Below, piece after piece: positions 50,367 to 63,710 of a DNA stretch of 63,970 nucleotides. Every line of letters starts with the position of its first letter. Position 1 is the first letter of the stretch. The DNA is taken from positions 9,982,001-10,045,970 of the forward strand of contig NC_043024.1 of assembly GCF_006345805.1 (NCBI RefSeq), read 5' to 3'. The DNA comes from Octopus sinensis. Its lineage: Eukaryota. The notes below the pieces were generated by a model that did not search any database, was not told where the DNA came from, and saw only the letters and a list, made by a program, of their open reading frames with translations. The position numbers and the translations under genes are program-made.

Positions 50367-50459
50367 CTTTGTAAGCTGTCCGAATCCCTTTGGCCAAATA
50401 TTTGTCAAGTCCTCGTTTGGGTAATCTGAAATAGGGGATCTGTCGCCATGCCGATATAA
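50367..50459 (-). CDS. ACP2: Acid phosphatase exon with the RHGxRxP active site (93 nt); most 5' exon found
   Basis: tag|LYRHGDRSPISDYPNEDLTNIWPKGFGQLTK|gtaagt. The ten exons total 1119 nt in frame (372 aa plus stop). Confidence 0.96.
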
Positions 50460-51884
50460 CTACATATTGGAAAAAAACAAAACAAAAAAAAAGAGAAAAT
50501 AAGGTTACAAAAAAATTCAATTTGGAAATAAAAATATAAGAAAGTTTTTAAACAGAAAGAAAAATTTTGTTTCTTTTCTTTTCTTCACTATCTCTCTGTT
50601 TTTCTCTTTCTCGATGCAGTGCCAGGATTTGAACTCATGACTTTATGGTGATAAGCCGAATACCCTAACCACTCAACCAGGCACCTTCACAGTAAATAAG
50701 TTTTGAAGTGGTAAATAAAGTGCCTTGCCCAAGGACTCGATGCAGTGCCAGGATTTGAACTCATGACTTTATGGTCATCAGCCGAATACCCTAACCACCA
50801 AGCCAGGCACCTTCACAGTAATAAGATACAAAAAAAGACAGGGTGGTCAAGACTGGATTGCTTTACTTCACAGATCTGTCCGATGAGGACAGATGTGTCA
50901 TAACCAACAAATAAAACGCCATGTGTTGGCACAAGCATGGTGAGACAAACATTGTTAAGAATGACATGAGTCTGTAATGATAGATGGTGGTGGTCTGTGG
51001 TGTACAAGAGAGCGAGGGAGAGACGGAGAGAGAGTGAGAGCATGTCTGTGTGTCTACTGAAATGCACTGCTAATGGATTAACAGAAAACACAGATGTTTC
51101 ATAATAAACTTGTACATCAATCACATGCAGGAAGCAATATATCTTCAGAAAGCCAACTGAGTGGGACAGAAAATATATATATCATCATCATCATCATCGT
51201 TTAACGTCCGCTTTCCATGCTAGCATGGGTTGGACGGTTTGACTGAGGGCTGGCGAACCAGATGGCTGCACCAAGCTCCAGTCTTGATCTGGCAGAGTTT
51301 CTACAGCTGGATGCCCTTCCTAACGCCAACCACTCCGAGAGTGTAGTGGGTGCTTTTTACGTGCCACCGGCACGAGGGCCAGTCAGGCAGTACTGGCAAC
51401 GACCTCGCTCGAATTTTTACACATGGGCCAGTCATATATTATATATATATATATATGTATGTATATTTATACACACAATTTATTTGCACTTGAATTACTA
51501 CAATGTAATGGTGCTTTGAAGTTTAATAGCTTCTGATTAATTAAGATTTTAATTATTTTGGATATGTTTTTTAATGTTCATACACCAATTATCTCCTTCT
51601 CTCTTTATGAACGTGTGTATGTGTGTATGTATGTATCTATGTATCCATATTGCAAAAATGATTGTTTTGAGTTCTAAACACCTCATGATTGTCATTCGTA
51701 AATATGCCACACATGGGATGAACATCAGGTTGATCTACTGTTTCTATTGGATTTTGCACCTACGTACACACACACACACACACACACACAATAGACACCT
51801 TTATAATCATTAAAACTTATTTACATCTGAAATTATACATTCAAATTATTTATTAATTGTTATAATGTTAATATTGTATATTTA

Positions 51885-52345
51885 ATAGACATGCCCTTTG
51901 GGTTTTTCAGTGCAAGGTCCCTATTAGGGGTGCTAATGATCAGGTGATGAATATTCTCCTGAGGAATTTCTTGCCAAGTTTCATACAGTAATTTCAAAAG
52001 ACCTGGCTTTGAAGATGTTTTCTTGTGTTTCTTTATGAAGTGTCCTGTCCATTATGCCCCAGAGGTGTTCAATAGGGTCCATATCTGTCGACTGGTTTGG
52101 CCACGGAAGATTTTTAATGCCAACCTCATCTGACAATTATTGGGTCATTTTAGCCGTGTGACAAGGAGCCCCATCTTCCATAAATAGTTTCCTTTAATCA
52201 TTTCACCATTTGAGAAGACTAGAAGGAGTCCTTTCTGCAATATGGACATATGTTTATCTGACTTTATGTTTCCCTCACACTCCACCAGCTCTGCTTGACC
52301 ATTACTCCAAATTGCTCCCCAGGATAGCTGCCATATTTCATTGTT
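51885..52345 (-). pseudogene. Tc1-family DD34E transposase remnant
   Basis: WGAIWSNG...FMEDGAPCHTAKMTQ*...LPWPNQSTDMDPIEHLW; 34 residues between D and E; stop codon and frameshifts. Confidence 0.88.
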
Positions 52346-52619
52346 GGCGGCAGTCTTTACACATCAAATTCTTGGCACCAATCCGATCGTGGCCGTTGTC
52401 AGCCTCGCCTGGCACCTGTACCGGTGGCACGTAAAAAGCACCCACTACACTCACGGAGTGGTTGGCGCTAGGAAGGGCATCCAGCTGCAGAAACATTGCC
52501 AGACAAGACCGGAGCCTGGCGCAGCCTTCCGGCTTCCCAGATCCCCGGTCGAACCGTCCAACCCATGCCAGCATGGAGAGCGGACGCCAAACGATGATGA
52601 TGATGATGATGATGAGAGT

Positions 52620-53098
52620 CTCCAGACCCACCTTCGACCAGTGTCAGGAAATACAGCAAATCTGGACTCATCAGACATACAGACAGATAGATAGGGGGAT
52701 GGTTGTCAACTTTGAAATGACATGCATAAGATCTGGTCATCAAATCTAAGTAGAGACTTCAAACTTGAAATCTTCAAAGCCACAGTCAAACCAATTCTAC
52801 TCTATGGCTCAGAAACCTGGACGTTATCAAAGAAGCTTGAGAGGCGGTTGGATGGAACCTACACTTGCCTCCTTATGAGAGCTCAAAATCTCTCGTGGAA
52901 GCATCATCCAACCAAAATGCAAATATATGGGAAACTACCACCTGTGTCATCTCTTGTGAAAGGTAGGAGAGTCCAGTTCACTGGACATTGTTGTAGAGCT
53001 GAAAACAAGGCAATTTCTACTCTTCTCCTCTGGAAGCCATCTGCTCGCAATACCAGAAGGCGCACACTCTCCTACTCTGATGTAATCTCTAGGGATAC

Positions 53099-53100
<2 letters not shown>
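52620..53100 (+). mobile_element. RTE-type LINE RT C-terminal fragment
   Basis: KIWSSNLSRDFKLEIFKATVKPILLYGSETWTLSKKLERRLDG. Confidence 0.88.
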
Positions 53101-53131
<31 letters not shown>

Positions 53132-53733
53132 CGCAGGAGTGGCAGTGTGGTAAGTAGCTTGCTAACCAGCCACATGGTTCCAGGTTCAGTCCCACTGCGT
53201 GGCACCTTGGGCAAGTGTATTCTACTATAGCCTCGGGCTGACCAAAGCCTTGTGAGTGGATTTGGTAGACGGAAACTGAAAGAAGCCTGTCGTATATATA
53301 TGTATATATATAGGTGTAGGAGTGGCTGTGTGGTAAGTAGCTTGTTTACCAACCACATGGTTCCAGGTTCAGACCCACTGCGTGGCACCTTGGGCAAGTG
53401 TATTCTACTATAGCCTAGGGCCAACCAAAGCCTTGTGAGTGGATTTGGTAGACGGAAACTGAAAGAAGCCTGTCGTATATATGTATGTATAATATATATA
53501 TATATATATGTATGTGTGAGTGTGTTTGTGTGTCTGTTTGTCCCCCTAGCATTGCTTGACAACCGATGCTGGTGTGTTTACATCCCCGTCACTTAGCGGT
53601 TCGGCAAAAGGGACCGATAGAATAAGGACTGGGCTTACAAAAGAATAAGTCCCGGGGTCGATTTGCTCGACTAAAGGTGGTGGGTGCTCCAGCATGGCCG
53701 CAGTCAAATGACTGAAACAAATAAAAGAGAAAG

Positions 53734-53772
<39 letters not shown>

Positions 53773-53994
53773 TACATACACACAGTGTGTGTCCATAAAG
53801 TCATGGTGGAATTTCAAAACTCTTGACAGATGTTAATCAAAATGCTCCACGATTCAAATCCATATTGAATGAGAGATAAACTAATAAAGCTTATGTAGAA
53901 TGAATCAAATTTGATGTGGCTTCCATTTGTGACCCTGCGCACATCTAATCAATACTGCAGTTAGATGAACAAAGAAAAGACTTTACAGGTGCCC

Positions 53995-54045
<51 letters not shown>

Positions 54046-54322
54046 CCGTTGCCAGCCTCGTCTGGCCCCCGTGCCGGTGCCACATAAAAAGCACCATCCG
54101 ATCGTGGCCGTTTGCCAGCCTCATCTGGCACCTGTGCAGGTGGCACATAAAAAGCACCCACTACACTCATGGAGTGGTTGGCATTAGGAAGGGCATCCAG
54201 CTGTAGAAACTCTGCCAGATCAAGACTGGGCCTGGCGCAGCCTTCTGGTTTCCCAGACCCCAGTTGAACCGTCCAACCCATGCCAGCACGGAAAACGGAC
54301 GTTAAACGATGATGATGATGAT

Positions 54323-54356
<34 letters not shown>

Positions 54357-54668
54357 GGAGGTGCAATGGCCAAGTGGTTAGGGCAGCAGACTTGCAGTTG
54401 GAGGATCGCGGTTTCAATTCCAAGACCAGGCGTTGTGTGTGTTTATTGAGCGAAAACACCTAAAGAGCTCCACGAGGCTCTGGCAGGGGGTGGTGGCGAC
54501 CCCTGTTGTACTCTTTCGTCACAACTTTCTCTCTTCCTGTTTCTTGAGTAATGCTGTGATGGACTGGCGTCCCGTCCAGCTGGGGGGAACACACACACAC
54601 ATATATATACGTATGTATATATATATATATTGTTATATTTCGGAATGGTCATTTTGCCAGTTTAGCCA

Positions 54669-54716
<48 letters not shown>

Positions 54717-54954
54717 CACTGTGTGGCACCTTGGGCAAGTGTTTTCTACTATAGCCTTGGGCCGACCAAAGCCTTGCGAGTGGATTTGGTAGATGGAAAC
54801 TGAAAGAAGCCTGTCATATATATGTATGTATATATATGTGTGTTTGTGTTTGTCCCCCCCAACATCGCTTGACAACCGATGGGGTCAATTTGCTCGACTA
54901 AAGGTGGTGCTCCAGCATGGCCACAGTCAAATGACTGAAACAAGTAAAAGAGTG

Positions 54955-54997
<43 letters not shown>

Positions 54998-56356
54998 GTG
55001 TGTGTATATGTTTGTCCCCCAACATCGCTTGACAATCGATGCTAGTGTGTTTACGTCCCCGTAACTTAGCGGTTCGGCAAAAGAGACCGATAGAATAAGT
55101 ACTAGGCTTACAAAGAATAAGTCCTGGAGTCAATTTGCTCGACTAAAGACGGTGCTCCAGCATGGCCGCAGTCAAATGACGGAAACAAGCAAAAGAGTAA
55201 GGTCGGCTGGCTGCTGTTTCTAGTCAGGGGTAGAGAAATAACCCAGAGACCATTGGCCTGTTGGTAGTGCCAACAGCTACAAGGGGGCAGTGAGCCCCCC
55301 TCTCGTACAGCATATCTAGGACACAAATCATGTGTCAATGAACCAGCTGAGAGAGATGTTTTCCTGGGGTTAAAAAGTAGTAACACAGTTCTAATCAGGA
55401 CTGTCAAGTTATCTTGGCAAATATTTTACAATCTAGGACTGTTACTATGTAGATCTCAATGAGAGATTTAAAATTAGTTGTTTTTCCCATATATATATAA
55501 GTAAATAAATGGAGTTCAACTCCATTTATTTATTATACTACACAAATAACTGCACCTTAACCCGGAGTTCTACCTTTGAATAGGTCGCTTCATTCTTGTT
55601 ACTTGCGTGAATTTTGCTACCCTGGTAACCGTTTATTGAATTTTCTGTGTTAACTGTAAACAAAGGATAATTCATTCATCCATTTATATGGAGTGGCTGT
55701 GTGGTAAGTAGCTTGCTAACCAACCACTGCGTGGCATCTTGGGCAAGTGTCTTCTGCTATAGCCCCGGGCCGACCAATGCCTTGTGAGTGGATTTGGTAG
55801 ACGGAAACTGAAAGAAGCCTGTCGTATATATGTATATATATATATATGTATATGTGTGTGTTTGTCCCCCTAGCATTGCTTGACAACTGATGCTGGTGTG
55901 TTTACGTCCCCGTCACTTAGCGGTTCGGCAAAAAGAGACCGATAGAATAAGTACTGGGCTTACAAAGAATAAGTCCCAGGGTCGATTTGCTCGACTAAAG
56001 GCGGTGCTCCAGCATGGCCGCAGTCAAATGACTGAAACAAGTAAAAGAGTCATATATATATATATATAAATAACTGCCCGAAACAGTAAGGACTCCTGGT
56101 AACTTGACTGAGGAAAGAAGGCCATGAATGACCCATCTTTTTCTCCCTGTCCTTCTAATTGTTGCTTCTCCTGTCCACCTTTTTATCTATCGTCTATCTG
56201 TCCAAATGTTTTATTGTCCTCTATTGCGTTTTTGTTCCATCATTTGTTTGTCCGTACGTACATACAGGGGCAAACAAATCAAGAGAAAAAAATTCACAAA
56301 AAAATGCTCTGCCTTCATCAGTGGAATATACTCAGATAGCACATAAATATAAATAT

Positions 56357-56404
<48 letters not shown>

Positions 56405-56574
56405 AATTGAGACAGGGGTTGTAAATGCAACCCTCCATGGGATAACATATATCCAATATACTGCTAGTGAAGTACCCAGCAAGGTTAATACATAAATGTT
56501 AAGGATTGCGATGCAATCAATTCATTTACTGTATTATATGGGCAAAGGTAAAATGATTTACCACAAATTACTAA

Positions 56575-56940
56575 TACAAGATAAGAAAATGGAGAAATAC
56601 ATCTAAATCAAATATCAATTACCAGATAATACCTAATCACATACTTTATTAAACCACCACATAAGAGACTGTAGGGTTAAATATAAAAAAGCAGAACAAA
56701 TCTGTGTACATAAAGGAATGTACATAAAAGAGTAATGTTGTATAATAAGTATTATATTCTCTTTTTTATATATATTCTAATTATTATACAACATAACTCT
56801 TTTATGTACACTGATTTGATCTGCTTTTTTATATTTAACCCTACAGTCTCTTATGTGGTGGTTTAATTAAGTATGTGATTGAGTATTATCTGGTAATTGA
56901 TATTTGATTTAGATGTATTTCTCCATTTTCTTATCTTGTA
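56575..56940. repeat. Inverted repeat, ~165-175-bp arms
   Basis: TACAAGATAAGAAAATGGAG.../...CTCCATTTTCTTATCTTGTA; the left arm carries a 12-bp local duplication. Confidence 0.9.
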
Positions 56941-58219
56941 TATATATCTCTCTCTATATAAACGGCAGTTTGTCTGTGCGTGTTTCTGTGTGTCTGTTTG
57001 CTTGTACCCTCACCCTGACCGCGGCTTTCAACCGATTCTGATGAAACTTGACACACACATAGCCCAATGTCATAATTCAAAACTAATGCAGCGAAAATTT
57101 TGAAAAGTTCCCCCAGTTCTGAAAAAAATCGATAAATTCGACATGGGGTCGAGAATTAGAAACACAAACCAAAAACTGTCTAGGGGACGCAACTCCACTT
57201 TTTTTAACTCTAAAAAAAAATTTACCATCATTTTTTCCCCATTTTTTTGCTATTTTTTGCCTATAACTCTCTAAAAATGCTTTATAGTTATTTCCCTTAC
57301 AAACCTGAGCAACGCCGGGCGATACCGCTAGTATTTATATATATTCCTATGCAGAGCCAGAAATCCGGGATCTGGAATTATCCAGTAATTTTGTTGCTAG
57401 TTCATCTTGTCTCTTTGTCTTCTCTCCTGGTGCTGTATGAACATTTAATGTGGTTTTTAGAGTCAAGTTTTAGCTGCTATTTCAAGCATGTTGGTATCTC
57501 TTAGACACCCTTATTTATAATTTTATATGGATTTCATCATCATCATCGTTTAACGTCCGCTTTCCATGCTAACATGGGTTTGACGATTTGACTGAGGTCT
57601 GGCAAACCAGATGGCTGCACCAGGCTCCAGTCTGATCTGGCAGTGTTTCTACAGCTTGATGCCCTTCCTAACGCCAACCACTCCGAGAGTGTAGTGGGTG
57701 CTTTTACATGCCACCGGCACGAGAGCCAGTTTGGTCCTACTGGCAACAGCCCATATCTTTATACACACACACACAGCCACGCTCAAATGGCAAATGGTGT
57801 TTTTTATGTGCCACCTGCACAGGAGCCAGTCCAGCGGCACTGACAATGACCTCACTCGAATGTTTTTTCACGTGCCACCAGCACGAGTGCTAGTAGGCGA
57901 CACAGATAACGATCACGCTCGAATGGTCTTTTTAACGTGCTATCGGCTCGGAGGCCAGCTTGTTGCTTTGGCCCCGATCTCACTCGTATGGTTCTCTTAG
58001 CGCTCCACTAGATATATTATATTTTGAGTAGGGACAATTGACTGCCACCACTAGCAGGTAGGAATCCAGTACTAATGATGGGTAAAGACCCAGAAACCAT
58101 GGTCTACCGGTCTTGCAAAAGCTGGAGGGCAGTAATTCACTTCCTTACAATATATCAGACACAAGTTCTATGTCATTAACCAGCTGGAAAAAATGCCTTC
58201 CTAGGGTCAAAATGTAGTT

Positions 58220-59292
58220 ACCCCTTTTGATACCAACCCGACTGAAACTGCCTCTGGCTCTGTAGTACAAATGTCTTGTTTTCGTAAGTTTTGAATTAAA
58301 ATCTTCCACCAAACCTTAGTCACAATTTATGTTCCTAACACTAGCTGAATGATAGCTAAGTTATTTTACTAATTTCTTTGTTATATTTAACCCTTTTGAT
58401 ACCAACCCGACTGAAACCGGCTCTGGTTTTGTAGTACAAATGTCTTGTTTTTATAAGTTCTGAATTAAAATCTTCCACCAAACCTTAGTCACAATTTATG
58501 TTCCTAACACTAGCTGAATGATAACTAAGTTATTTAACTAATTTCTTTGTTATATTTAACCCTTTTGATACCAACCCGGCTGAAACCGGTTCTGGTTTTG
58601 TAGTACAAATATCTTGTTTTCATAAGTTCTGAATTAAAATCTTCCACCAATCGTTAGTCACAATTTATGTTCCTAACACTAGCTGAATGATAGCTAAGTT
58701 ATTTTACTAATTTCTTTGTTATATTTAACCCTTTTGATACCAACCCAGCAGAAACCGGTTCTGGTTTTGTAGTACAAATATCTTGTTTTCATAAGTTCTG
58801 AATTAAAATCTTCCACCAATCCTTAGTCACAATTTATGTTCCTAACACTAGCTGAATGATAGCTAAGTTATTTTACTAATTTCTTTGTTATATTTAACCC
58901 TTTTGATACCAACCCAGCAGAAACCGGTTCTGGTTTTGTAGTACAAATATCTTGTTTTCATAAGTTCTGAATTAAAATCTTCCACCAATCCTTAGTCACA
59001 ATTTATGTTCCTAACACTAGCTGAATGATAGCTAAGTTATTTTACTAATTTCTTTGTTATATTTGACCCTTTTGATACCAACCCAGCAGAAACCGGTTCT
59101 GGTTTTGTATTACAAATGTCTTGTTTTCATAAGTTCTGATTTAAAATCTTCCACCAATCCTTAGTCACAATTTATGTTCCTAACACTAGCTTAATGATAA
59201 CTACGCTATTTTACTAATTTCTTTGTTACATTTTAAAGTAATTGAAAGAAACACAGAACATCCGAAAATAAATACAGTAACAAAAGGGTTAA
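58220..59292 (+). repeat. 169-bp tandem array (6 units) of the left part of the piggyBac-like MITE, closed by one right TIR
   Basis: CCCTTTTGATACC recurs at 58222, 58391, 58560, 58729, 58898 and 59067; ends GTAACAAAAGGGTTAA. Confidence 0.92.
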
Positions 59293-59637
59293 CATAGTTC
59301 TGTATAGAACAGCCGTGTTATAGTGGCAAATGTTACCGCCTATATTGTTGCTAATTATATCTCGTTTAGAGAATTTAGAACACGCTACTTTGCTTGTTAT
59401 ATGCATATTTATTTAAAGGTCACAACACATGTATTAAAGCGCTATTAATAGTTTTATATTCTTCAGACACAAAACGCATATTAGGAGCACTTCAATACAT
59501 CTATTTACTTTTTTCAGTCATGTTACTGTGGCCGTGCTGGAGCACCGCCTTTAGTCGATCAAATCGACCCCAGGACTTATTCTTTGTAAGCCTAGTACTT
59601 ATTTTATCTGTCTCTTTTTTGCCGAACCGCTAAGCTA

Positions 59638-59710
59638 CGGGGACTAGCTCAGTCGGTAGAGCACGAGACTCTTAATCTCGGGGTCGTGGGTTCAAGCCCC
59701 ACGTTGGGCG
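59638..59710 (+). pseudogene. tRNA-Lys(CTT) with a disrupted acceptor stem
   Basis: TAGCTCAGTCGGTAGAGC-A-CGAGA-CTCTTAA-TCTCG-GGGTC-GTGGG-TTCAAGC-CCCAC-GTTGGGCG. Positions 1-7 read CGGGGAC instead of GCCCGGC. No CCA; T5 at 59717-59721. Confidence 0.85.
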
Positions 59711-61234
59711 AAGCTATTTTTATAGGCGCAGGAGTGGCTGTGTGGTAATTTGCTTGCTTCCCAACCACATGGTTCCGGGTTCAGTCCCACTGCGTGGCAT
59801 CTTGGGCAAGTGTCTTCTGCTATAGCCCCGGGCCGACCAATGCCTTGTGAGTGGATTTGGCAGACGGAAACTGAAAGAAGCCTGTCGTATATATGTATAT
59901 ATATATAAGTGTGTGTGTATATGTTTGTGTGTCTGTGTTTGTCTCCCTAGCATTGCTTGACAACCGATGCTGGTGTGTTTATGTCCCCGTTACTTAGCGG
60001 TTCAGCAAAAGAGACCGATAGAATAAGTACTGGGCTTACAAAGAATAAGTCCCGGGATCGATTTGCTCGACTAAAGGCGGTGCTCCAGCATGGCCGCAGT
60101 CAAATGACTGAAACAAGTAAAAGAGTAAAAGAGTAAAGAGTAGGACGTAAACACACCAGCATCGGTTGTCAAGCGATGGTGGTGGGGACAAACACAAACA
60201 CACACACACACACATATATACTCTCTTTTACTTGTTTCAGTCATTTGACTGCGGCCATGCTGGAGCATCACCTTACTCTTTTACTCTTTTACTTGTTTCA
60301 GTCATTTGGCTGCGGCCATGCTGGAGCACCGCCTTTAATCGAGCAACTCGACCCCGGGACTTATTCTTTTGTAAGCCCAGTACTTATTCTATCGGGCTCT
60401 TTTGCCGAACCGCTAAGTAACGGGGACATAAACACACCAGCATCGGTTGTCAAGCAATGCTAGAGGGACAAACACAGACACACAAACACATACATATATA
60501 TATATATACATACATACGACGGGCTTCTTTCAGTTTCCGTCTACCAAATCCACTCACAAGGCATTGGTCGGCCCGAGGCTATAGTAGAAGACACTTGCCC
60601 AAGATGCCACACAGTGGGACTGAACCCGGAACCATGTGGTTCATAAGCAAGCTACTTACCACACAGCCACTCCTATTGTGACCTTCAAATAAATAACATT
60701 TATCTCTCACCAGATGGGAGTACCCTTTTGTTGAATTTTCTACTGTGGATGAGTACTGTTCTCGGTTCTGCTAACAGCTAGACGTTCAGGTGAGTATACT
60801 GGCATCGATGCAGTAACATTTGAAATATTGTCCAGGTAAAAATCTACCTGAAGAAGACTAATCAAATTTACAATAACAAACATATAGGCACAGGAGTGGC
60901 TGTGTGGTAAGTAGCTTGCTTACCAACCACATGGTTCCGGGTTCAGTCCCACTGCATGTCACCTTGGGCAAGTGTCTTCTGCTATAGCCCCGGGCCGACC
61001 AATGCCTTGTGAGTGGATTTGGTAGACGGAAACTGAAAGAAGCCCGTCGTATATATTTATATAGGTGCAGGAGTGGCTGTGTGGTAAGTAGCTTGCTAAC
61101 CAACCACATGGTTCCGGGTTCAGTCCCACTGCATGTCACCTTGGGCAAGTGTCTTCTGCTATAGCCCCGGGCCGACCAATGCCTTGTGAGTGGATTTGGT
61201 AGACGGAAACTGAAAGAAGCCTGTCGTATATATG

Positions 61235-61267
<33 letters not shown>

Positions 61268-62334
61268 ATGTTTGTGTGTCTGTGTTTGTCCCCCCAACAT
61301 TGCTTGACAACCGATGCTGGTGTGTTTACGTCCCCGTTACTTAGCGGTTCGGCAAAAAAGGGACAGATAAAATAAGTACTAGGCTTACAAAAGAATAAGT
61401 CCGGGGGTCGAGTTGCTCGACTAAAGGCGGTGCTCCAGCATGGCCGCAGTCAAATGACTGAAACAAGTAAAAGAGTAAAGAGAGATGTGTGTGTGTGTGT
61501 GTAAGCTGTCAAAGAGTCCATAAGTCTGGAAAAATATCTGTCAGTAGCCTAAGTATATTGATTGAAGTGTACAATATCAATTACAGCTGATTTTATCAAT
61601 TGGTTTCACACCAGGGCTTCAATAGTGTTGGGTAACAGTCTGATCATGTAACTCTGCAGTTGTCATATTTCACTCTGGAATTTTTTCTCACCACGTATGA
61701 TGGAGGTGGGGCTTTACATGGAAAAAATTTCTTTTTGAAAATCTATCATCATCATCATCGTTTAATGTCCGTTCTCCATGCTAGCATGGGTTGGATGGTT
61801 CGACCGGGGATCTGGGAAGCCAGGAGGCTGCACCAGTCTCCAGCCTGATCTGGCAGTGTTTCTACAGCTGGATGCCCTTCCTAATGCCAACCACTCCGTG
61901 AGTGTAGTGGATGCTTTTTACATGCCACCGGCACAGGTGCCAGGCGAGGCTGGCAACGGCCACGATCGGATTGGTGCATTTTACGTGCCACTGGCACGGA
62001 AGCCAGTCTAGGCGGCGCTGGCATCGGCCACGTTCAGATGGTGCTTTTTACATGCATTTCTTTCAGTTTCCGTCTACCAAATCCACTCACAAGGCATTGG
62101 TCGGCCCGGGGCTATAGCAGAAGGCACTTGCCCAAGATGCCACACAGTGGGACTGAACCTGGGACCATGTGGTTGGTTAGCAAGCTACTTACCACACAGC
62201 CACTCCTGTGCCTATTGCACTATTTTTTTTTTTTTTTTTTGCCCGAGTCAAACACTGGAGTTTGACCCATTCACCCATTCTGGTGGACCGCCATGGCCAT
62301 TTGATGTTTAAAAAAACTAGCCTTGTAGATACTT

Positions 62335-62757
62335 TTTGGAACTTTTCGGTTTGAACGGCAGTTTTTTTTCTAGCGGTGTCATATGAAATTGTCACCCATA
62401 ATTATGACCCTAGTATCGATCTATTGCATTTCAATCTCTTTTAGGGTTTGGGGTGGGGGGAAGGGTTTCTTTTTTTCCTTCACAAATGTAAATAAACCCA
62501 ATCTGTTTCTTAAACGAAGGACATATTCATACGGTACAGAATGTTTTTTTTACCTCAATAGACGTCATTGATTGGTTGAAATTGCAGAAATTGAAGAAAA
62601 AAACAACAACAAATATCTTACAAACCATAGAATTTTCTCAATAAAACCAAGAGAAAAAGATGTTTTATAAACACATTCTACCAGTATACGAAGTTTAAAA
62701 GTGTTTAGTTACGTGGAAATTATTTTTAAAAAAACTGCCGTTCAAACCGAAAAGATC
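62335..62757. mobile_element. MITE with TIR CTTTTCGGTTTGAACGGCAGTTTTT; partial inverted copy at ~34460-34860
   Basis: TIR pair at both ends; the body is shared with the 34.5-34.9 kb copy. Confidence 0.75.
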
Positions 62758-63149
62758 CTACTTTTTTTCTTTCAAAGTTTCCCTTAACTTGTGTAGGTTG
62801 AACGAACTATTAAATTTTTGGCACTGTCATGCCTTTAGTTGTCAGGAGGAAAGTGGAAAAAGTGTGACGTCAAAGCATGGAGGGGGTGAGTTGGTAAAAG
62901 TTTACCAAACTATGTAAGACATTAGAGAAAGAATCCTAGCTGTTTCTTGCGATACATCTAAACCAAAATACCATTAAATACATCGGAAGCAAAACTTTTC
63001 CGGGGGCTCTTAAAATACACTTGTGGATTCCCGATTTACTGTTCTGTTGTAGATCCCCCAAAATCTTACATGGGACCCTGGTTGAAAGCCACTAAGTTAT
63101 AGGGTTGCTGCCAAAATTTGGTACCGTTAAGTTACGGCGATGTAAATAA

Positions 63150-63198
<49 letters not shown>

Positions 63199-63585
63199 CT
63201 CTTTTACTTGTTTCAGTCATTTGACTGTGGCCATGCTGGAGCACCACCTTTTTAGTCGAGCAAATCGACCCCAGGACTTATTCTTTGTAAGCCTAGTACT
63301 TATTCTATCGGTCTCTTATGCCGAACCGCTAAGTTACGGGGACGTAAACACACCAGCATCGGTTGTCAAGCAATGCTAGGAGGACAAACACAGACACACA
63401 TATATATATACATATATACGACGGGCTTCTTTCAGTTTCCGTCTACCAAATCCACTCACAAGGCTTTGGTCGGCCCGAGGCTATTGTAGAAGACACTTGG
63501 CCAAGGTGCCACGCAGTGGGACTGAACCCGGAACCATGTGGTTGGTAACAAGCTACTTACCACACAGTCACTTCTACGCTTATAA

Positions 63586-63710
<125 letters not shown>

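Noticed and set aside
50813-51124. 103-aa minus-strand ORF near the RHG exon as ACP exon 1
   Set aside because: Includes a (GA)n microsatellite; no signal-peptide pattern or suitable phase-0 donor.
60711-60847. Exon-like segment on the minus strand (cttcag|...|gtgaga) as ACP exon 1
   Set aside because: All three frames contain stops and none encodes a signal peptide; a non-coding exon cannot be excluded.
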